This document shows positions 35,372 to 40,103 of a stretch of 40,103 nt of DNA, piece after piece (the stretch's first letter is position 1; the number at the start of each line of letters is the position of its first letter). The stretch covers positions 1 to 40,103 of IMG/VR virus record IMGVR_UViG_3300044972_002456; one strand, given 5' to 3'. Source of the DNA: a virus (taxonomy: Duplodnaviria; Caudoviricetes). The position numbers were made by a program, and so were the translations under genes. A model generated the notes under the pieces. That model was not told the DNA's origin. It worked only from the letters and a program-made list of their open reading frames with translations, and made no database searches.

Positions 35372-35911
35372 TTAAGCAATAGCAGCAAACAGTCGAATAT
35401 TTGATGAACCATCATAAAGTTGATATGGACCATCAATAACAAGTTCTCTATCTGAATCATCACATTCTACTGAGTATGCTTTACTATTTACAGATTTTGC
35501 AAACACAGTTACATCTTTTACTTTAGACAATTGAGCCCAGATATATCTGCCACCCGGAGATTGACACGTACCAGCTTCAAGTATAATATCTAGCTTTTTC
35601 ATTATAAACTTGTAAAAGCGAGGAACCAAACCATATCCCTGAAAACGCTGATCAACCTTTACATGGTCGACTCTCCAAGCAACACTTTTCTCATATACAT
35701 TTTTATTGATTTGTGAAAGTTCTATTTCACAAACACTGTAGCCAGACACATTGTTTTTAGGTAAAACAAATACGATTGTCTTTGTAACTTTTCCTTCGTA
35801 AGCAAAACACTTTATTGATCGTACCGAACCAATAAGTGTATACGTATCATCGCTCATACAAAAATCACGATTATTACCACTTTGAGGAAGATCTATTCTA
35901 TCAATTGCCAT
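35372..35911 (-). CDS. putative GNAT-family acetyltransferase
   Basis: VKVDQRFQGYGL acetyl-CoA motif A; QSPGG..IW. Confidence 0.7.
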   Translation of the reverse strand: MAIDRIDLPQSGNNRDFCMSDDTYTLIGSVRSIKCFAYEGKVTKTIVFVLPKNNVSGYSVCEIELSQINKNVYEKSVAWRVDHVKVDQRFQGYGLVPRFYKFIMKKLDIILEAGTCQSPGGRYIWAQLSKVKDVTVFAKSVNSKAYSVECDDSDRELVIDGPYQLYDGSSNIRLFAAIA

Positions 35912-35918
35912 AATATCC

Positions 35919-36152
35919 TTAAACTTTTAACCCATAAAATTCTTTATACATTTCACGTAAAACCGGTTGCAACTCGTTTTGATATGAGTATGGTATATTT
36001 AGCACATAACATATATATTCAACGCTAGTCATTTCTAGTGGAGACCATCCAGAACTTTCAACTATCCAGCGTAAAGCGGTTTCACGGTCATTTGCTCCGC
36101 GGTCAATAGTGCTTTGAATATATTCTTCAAAGACTTCTGTTTGTAGTGTCAT
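35919..36152 (-). CDS. hypothetical protein
   Basis: GA.DRETALRW motif; start MTLQT. Confidence 0.65.
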   Translation of the reverse strand: MTLQTEVFEEYIQSTIDRGANDRETALRWIVESSGWSPLEMTSVEYICYVLNIPYSYQNELQPVLREMYKEFYGLKV

Positions 36153-36154
36153 GA

Positions 36155-36505
36155 TCAATCCCACCGCTCACCGGCATATGCTTCAAAGCCATATTTGGTA
36201 AACACAGCAGCTGCAGCTTTTGCTCCAGCATATTTACAATCAACATTCTGTAAACCAGCACCACTTGGGTTCCACCATCGCATAGAGCCTGATAGATCCT
36301 TAGTAATATTACAAGAAGCAAGAGCTTTACCTACTTTGCTATTTGCACGGATATTTTCTCCATTCATCTTGTATACATTCAACCAAGCAAAACCACAAGG
36401 GTACTGATCTTTTGAATTAAGTTCTTCAACAAAATATTTGCTTGAGGCTGCAAGTGCTGCGGCCTGTGCTTCTTCTACAATCATACGGATTACTGATGGT
36501 GTCAT
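36155..36505 (-). CDS. hypothetical protein
   Basis: CGFAW, K.AGA.A.A motifs; first gene after repeat copy 3. Confidence 0.7.
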   Translation of the reverse strand: MTPSVIRMIVEEAQAAALAASSKYFVEELNSKDQYPCGFAWLNVYKMNGENIRANSKVGKALASCNITKDLSGSMRWWNPSGAGLQNVDCKYAGAKAAAAVFTKYGFEAYAGERWD

Positions 36506-36521
36506 AATAAGGGGTCTCGTT

Positions 36522-36755
36522 ATCAATTTATAATACCATTATATACCTGCTAAATGATAATGTACAATTTATTTTTTGTAATAGAATCAATAACTTAGAA
36601 AGGGGTTATCCTAAGTTATTGATTTATAAGGAAATAAGAATTGTATCAAATTGTAACGAACGTAAAATAAAAATACTAATCAAATCAATAACTTATAAAA
36701 CCGCTTCAGAGGCCACCACGATCCACTGGAGACCATTCGCCTGGAGGTGGTATGG
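36522..36755 (-). repeat. promoter cassette copy 3 (promoter 36538-36566 plus three IHF-consensus sites)
   Basis: Sites at 36585, 36612 (inverted), 36683; distal part overlaps 3' end of upstream CDS. Confidence 0.9.
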
Positions 36756-37086
36756 ACCTAATGGACCTATTAAGGAAGTCTTTTGATGCGTCCTGGCCAG
36801 GTATCTTGCCACGTGAATAGGCCACCAAAAAAGAGGCATAGTTAATAAGGTCTTTGGCCGAGTCTTCAATGGATTCATAATTTGGGTTATAATTCGGATC
36901 TGACTCCATGGCTTCAATAACAGACCAAAGTCTTAGAACTTTAGCATGAATAATATCCATAATTGAAGCAACACCACGCGGATAATAGTCAGCTTGGACT
37001 ATTCGTGAATTTGGATTCTGATAGTCATTAGATTTCTTAATTTGAATTTCAGCACATTCAGATAAAACTTTTAGCGATTCTTTCAT
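36706..37086 (-). CDS. nucleotide modification associated domain 1 (Nmad1/DUF1599-like, MazG-fold) protein
   Basis: KKSNDY...K..RL...ESIEDSAKDLINYA pattern. Confidence 0.7.
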   Translation of the reverse strand: MKESLKVLSECAEIQIKKSNDYQNPNSRIVQADYYPRGVASIMDIIHAKVLRLWSVIEAMESDPNYNPNYESIEDSAKDLINYASFLVAYSRGKIPGQDASKDFLNRSIRSIPPPGEWSPVDRGGL

Positions 37087-37109
37087 AATTATATTCTCTG
37101 CAAAAATAC

Positions 37110-37138
37110 ATTATACCACATTTTTTATAAATTGTACA
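37110..37138 (-). promoter_or_regulatory. early/sigma70-type promoter TGTACA-N17-TATAAT overlapping end of upstream CDS
   Basis: Exact motif and spacing. Confidence 0.7.
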
Positions 37139-37542
37139 CCATCAAAATTATATATTCCTTCTAAGTAATAGTCACCAGTTTTTCTATCACCAATAAAGAT
37201 ATAAAGCTTATTAGGATACTTTCTCCATTTTTCTGAAGCAGCTGCATTTGCGCGCTTGAGCACGTACGGCACAAAATATTCGCCTTCAGTGACCTTTACT
37301 TCAATAGCATCACCACCAAACCGAAGAGGCTCAAACAAGTCTTTATATGGTCTAGTATCATCAACATATCCTTGTTGTAATAAAAATACTTCTGCAGCTA
37401 AACCATACATACTTGTAATTTTGATTTCTTCTAATGGTCTTCCGTGTCGAGTAGATTCTTTCGAATATATTTCTAAAGCTTCTCTTTCTGCTCTCATTTC
37501 TAAAGCAGAGATGTTGACATCTGTGTTTATATTAAATTTCAT
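37111..37542 (-). CDS. putative PD-(D/E)xK nuclease
   Basis: GLAAE helix, YKDL, IEVK motif; ATGA overlap with primase-like gene. Confidence 0.55.
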   Translation of the reverse strand: MKFNINTDVNISALEMRAEREALEIYSKESTRHGRPLEEIKITSMYGLAAEVFLLQQGYVDDTRPYKDLFEPLRFGGDAIEVKVTEGEYFVPYVLKRANAAASEKWRKYPNKLYIFIGDRKTGDYYLEGIYNFDGVQFIKNVV

Positions 37543-38471
37543 AGATTGCAATAAACAAACTCTAAAGCTCGTTCTGCCTCCTTGTCCAATGGTCTATTTG
37601 AATACCAATTTCCAGTTTCTAAATCAAGTTCTTTACAAAGTTCTACTACTTCATGAACAGTAATCGGATATTCTTGTTTTATTGCATTGGCTGATATTGA
37701 CACCATCAGCTGATACATCTTATGATACCATCCAGTATCAGATATAGTTTTATATTCAGCAATAAGTTTTTTGTTAACAAATGGACAATCGCGATATGAT
37801 GTCCACCGAATAGATCTATTCTCTAATTGATCTTTACGATGCTGAATTATTTTTTTCTGCATTTCTTCAGGAAGACTGTCGAATAACGTATTGCCAACTT
37901 TCTTTTCTATAAATGGATGTTTCAATAAAAGTTGGTCAACATCAATGCTTGTACCTTCACGCTTAAAAATAAAATTGTTAGAGTTATCATACTTAGCGGG
38001 AATATAATACATTCTCGATAAATCTTTAGTTTGTATATCTCCCATTGATTCGAGTTCTGTATTAAGAGCAAACCAAAAATGTCTAATTTTATCAGCTTGA
38101 ATATGTTTGTTTAGTTCAAAGACAAGCCTAAATTTTGGTTGCGCAATTGTAGAACTTGCTGTTGAGTAACAAATAAACTTCCAATCAGTAATCTTATTAT
38201 ACATTAATTCTTGCAAAGTTTCCATCGTACAATTTAAACTATCAACATCAACTGCTGCCCATCCTCCCCAAGCAACAACGTTTTTATTTGCACGAGTAGT
38301 ATCTTTTACGTAGTAGGCTGGTGAAATAAGTTGAGCAGATTTTTTATCTTTTCTTTTGACTTCAGATAAATTGTAAAGTAATTGCTCAAACTCATCGAAG
38401 CTAGAAAGATTCATGCTTCGATGAGTTTTGTTATCAAATATTGAATTAAAAAGTGTAAGGCAAATGTCCAT
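37539..38471 (-). CDS. AEP-superfamily primase-like protein
   Basis: AVDVD, YSTASS, KFRLVF, D..TKDLSRMYYIP motifs; helical C-terminus. Confidence 0.6.
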   Translation of the reverse strand: MDICLTLFNSIFDNKTHRSMNLSSFDEFEQLLYNLSEVKRKDKKSAQLISPAYYVKDTTRANKNVVAWGGWAAVDVDSLNCTMETLQELMYNKITDWKFICYSTASSTIAQPKFRLVFELNKHIQADKIRHFWFALNTELESMGDIQTKDLSRMYYIPAKYDNSNNFIFKREGTSIDVDQLLLKHPFIEKKVGNTLFDSLPEEMQKKIIQHRKDQLENRSIRWTSYRDCPFVNKKLIAEYKTISDTGWYHKMYQLMVSISANAIKQEYPITVHEVVELCKELDLETGNWYSNRPLDKEAERALEFVYCNL

Positions 38472-38874
38472 GGTTGTCTTCATGATTAGGTGCAATCCAA
38501 CCAGCAGGTTTAATAAGATCTGGCAATCCCAATGGATTAGGCCTTTCTGGTTTTACGCCAGGAACCTTCGACATATTTGCTTCAAGTACTTTATCCCAAG
38601 CTTTATAAGCATCAACACCAAATGCATCAAGTGTGCCAATTGCTACTACGCACAAATCAATTAATCCATCAACAATTTCTTCAGCGTCTTTACTATAAAT
38701 CGCGTTTTGTGTTTCAAGTAGTTCTTCATTAAGAAACTTCATACGAAAATGTAAAAATTTTTGAAGAGACTCTTTACTTCCATCAGTGTTAACACGCAAT
38801 TTATTATTCACCCAGTCATTCACGCCGTACTTGGCATGCATTGCTTCTATATCGCTTACCCAATCTTTACTCAT
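38446..38874 (-). CDS. MazG-like NTP pyrophosphohydrolase
   Basis: EELLE...EIVDGLIDL...V.EANMSK, DLIKPAGW. Confidence 0.85.
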   Translation of the reverse strand: MSKDWVSDIEAMHAKYGVNDWVNNKLRVNTDGSKESLQKFLHFRMKFLNEELLETQNAIYSKDAEEIVDGLIDLCVVAIGTLDAFGVDAYKAWDKVLEANMSKVPGVKPERPNPLGLPDLIKPAGWIAPNHEDNHGHLPYTF

Positions 38875-38882
38875 AATATCCT

Positions 38883-39203
38883 CTATGTGTGTGTAATAAT
38901 TTTAATGCCAGCATCACGAATTGCCAATTGGCATATTTCACATGGTTGCGCTAACTTTGGTTTACCTAACGAATCATACCTTGATATTTCAATTTTATGT
39001 GCTAGGCTAATATCTTTACATTTTAATATAGCATGAATTTCAGCATGTAAAAATATTGCATGTTCTCTTCCAATTTGCTTAGCGTATTTGGCTTGTATAG
39101 GATGAGACTTAACATAAGAGTTTTTGCCGGAACTTAAAACTGCTCCACGCTTATCATATATCGTAGCTTCTAATTCGAATCTTTTTCTTGTATTACATTT
39201 CAT
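38883..39203 (-). CDS. cytidine/deoxycytidylate deaminase-fold protein
   Basis: HAE and PCEIC zinc motif. Confidence 0.8.
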   Translation of the reverse strand: MKCNTRKRFELEATIYDKRGAVLSSGKNSYVKSHPIQAKYAKQIGREHAIFLHAEIHAILKCKDISLAHKIEISRYDSLGKPKLAQPCEICQLAIRDAGIKIITHT

Positions 39204-39210
39204 AGTATCT

Positions 39211-39239
39211 ATTATACACCAATAGTATTGATATGTACA
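39211..39239 (-). promoter_or_regulatory. early/sigma70-type promoter TGTACA-N17-TATAAT
   Basis: Motif copy between gp43 and the deaminase. Confidence 0.75.
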
Positions 39240-39244
39240 TAGGG

Positions 39245-40103
39245 TTAACTAAAAAAATCTTCGATTGAAACTTTCTCTTGAGTAGACCAACCAATAGCGT
39301 CTAGAATTGGCGTGATAGGATCAAGGAAAGTTTTTTCAAACTGCATTCCATAGTCTATATACTTATTGAGCTGAATTTCTGGAGGTAAGTACATTGGAAA
39401 CGATATAACATTTTCTCTAATTGGATTAGGAGTTTTTAGATAGCAAAACTTTATCTTATCACTGTTTTTAATTAGAACATATTTTTTTTCTAGGTTCTTA
39501 TCGGCAATACATTTGTTATAAAGCAAACTTCCACGTACGTGAATTGGTGTGCCTTTTGTGTATATTGTAGCTTTGTTCTTCCACTTATTGATATCACTTA
39601 CGCCACGTGGAAACGAAATTTCTTCAGGTGGCAAACTATAAAAATATTTCTTAAAATCAGAAATTGCTTTTTGAGTATCAGATTGAGACCCAGTCATAAT
39701 CACTTTGAATATATCTCTTAGTGCAGTTCGAACTTCTGATGGAGTTGAAGACTTAATAGCTTCAATGCCCATGATCTTTAATTTTGGTTCAGCGTATTGC
39801 ACACCTTCATTATTGTGCACGTTCAAAATATATCTTTTCTTTGCTGTCCAGATACCACGATCAGCTATAGCTTCTCTAGCCATAACCATCCTGTTATCAT
39901 ATCCATTCATCATTTCAAATAATTTTGCATACGCGTTTTCAAATATTGGTTCAAAGTGGTCAGTGCAGATTTTATTAAGAAATGCGACTGGTTCAACAGG
40001 ATCGAACTTAGATACAAGTTTTCCAAAATCAACGTAAAGAGAATCAGTATCGATAGCAATAACATAATCAACCTCCTGGGTTTTTAATATTTTATTCATT
40101 TCA
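39245..40103 (-). CDS. 43: family B DNA polymerase (T4 gp43), C-terminal part; 5' end outside window
   Basis: DTDS motif C, AKKRY, GIEAIKSSTP, TPIHVRG, C-terminal clamp-binding SIEDFF. Confidence 0.95.
   Translation of the reverse strand, partial: EMNKILKTQEVDYVIAIDTDSLYVDFGKLVSKFDPVEPVAFLNKICTDHFEPIFENAYAKLFEMMNGYDNRMVMAREAIADRGIWTAKKRYILNVHNNEGVQYAEPKLKIMGIEAIKSSTPSEVRTALRDIFKVIMTGSQSDTQKAISDFKKYFYSLPPEEISFPRGVSDINKWKNKATIYTKGTPIHVRGSLLYNKCIADKNLEKKYVLIKNSDKIKFCYLKTPNPIRENVISFPMYLPPEIQLNKYIDYGMQFEKTFLDPITPILDAIGWSTQEKVSIEDFFS

Noticed and set aside
17757-36755. Repeats as CRISPR array, IS/MITE or simple terminators
   Set aside because: Dispersed rather than tandem, no spacers, no terminal inverted repeats or transposase, and the AT-rich stems lack a proper terminator layout
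2122-40037. All plus-strand ORFs in the track
   Set aside because: They lie antisense to well-supported minus-strand genes, show no recognisable motifs, and look like shadow frames
39245-40099. Split polymerase (stand-alone gp43B)
   Set aside because: The frame stays open to the window edge; the Met is most simply internal
1-40103. Stop-codon reassignment
   Set aside because: Core genes are full length in the standard code, and TAA, TAG and TGA all serve as stops

Overview
AT-rich segment of a large T4-like (myovirus) phage genome, probably from an aquatic phage with a proteobacterial host. Essentially all real genes are on the minus strand. In transcription order (right to left) it holds: the 3' part of DNA polymerase gp43; a nucleotide-pool module (deaminase, two MazG-like pyrophosphatases, AEP-like primase, PD-(D/E)xK nuclease); a hypervariable region of small early genes; a late-promoter cassette encoding a secreted cytochrome c plus copper-monooxygenase fusion; a DNA-modification operon; uvsX, gp41 and thyX; two tRNAs; a late operon of probable capsid-internal proteins; spanins; nrdA-trx-nrdB; a GIY-YIG nuclease; and RNase H. 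The best candidate for an undescribed system is the modification operon (22014-26259). It pairs a dCMP-specific T4 gp42-type hydroxymethylase with enzymes known from thymine hypermodification (aGPT-Pplase/5-HMUDK-like protein and PLP enzyme) and with an apparent BGT-N-domain/SGNH fusion, suggesting a non-glucosyl cytosine hypermodification. Other highlights are the heme/copper enzyme and three ~250-280 bp promoter cassettes, each carrying three strictly phased IHF-consensus sites. All family assignments come from motif recognition by eye; no searches were run.
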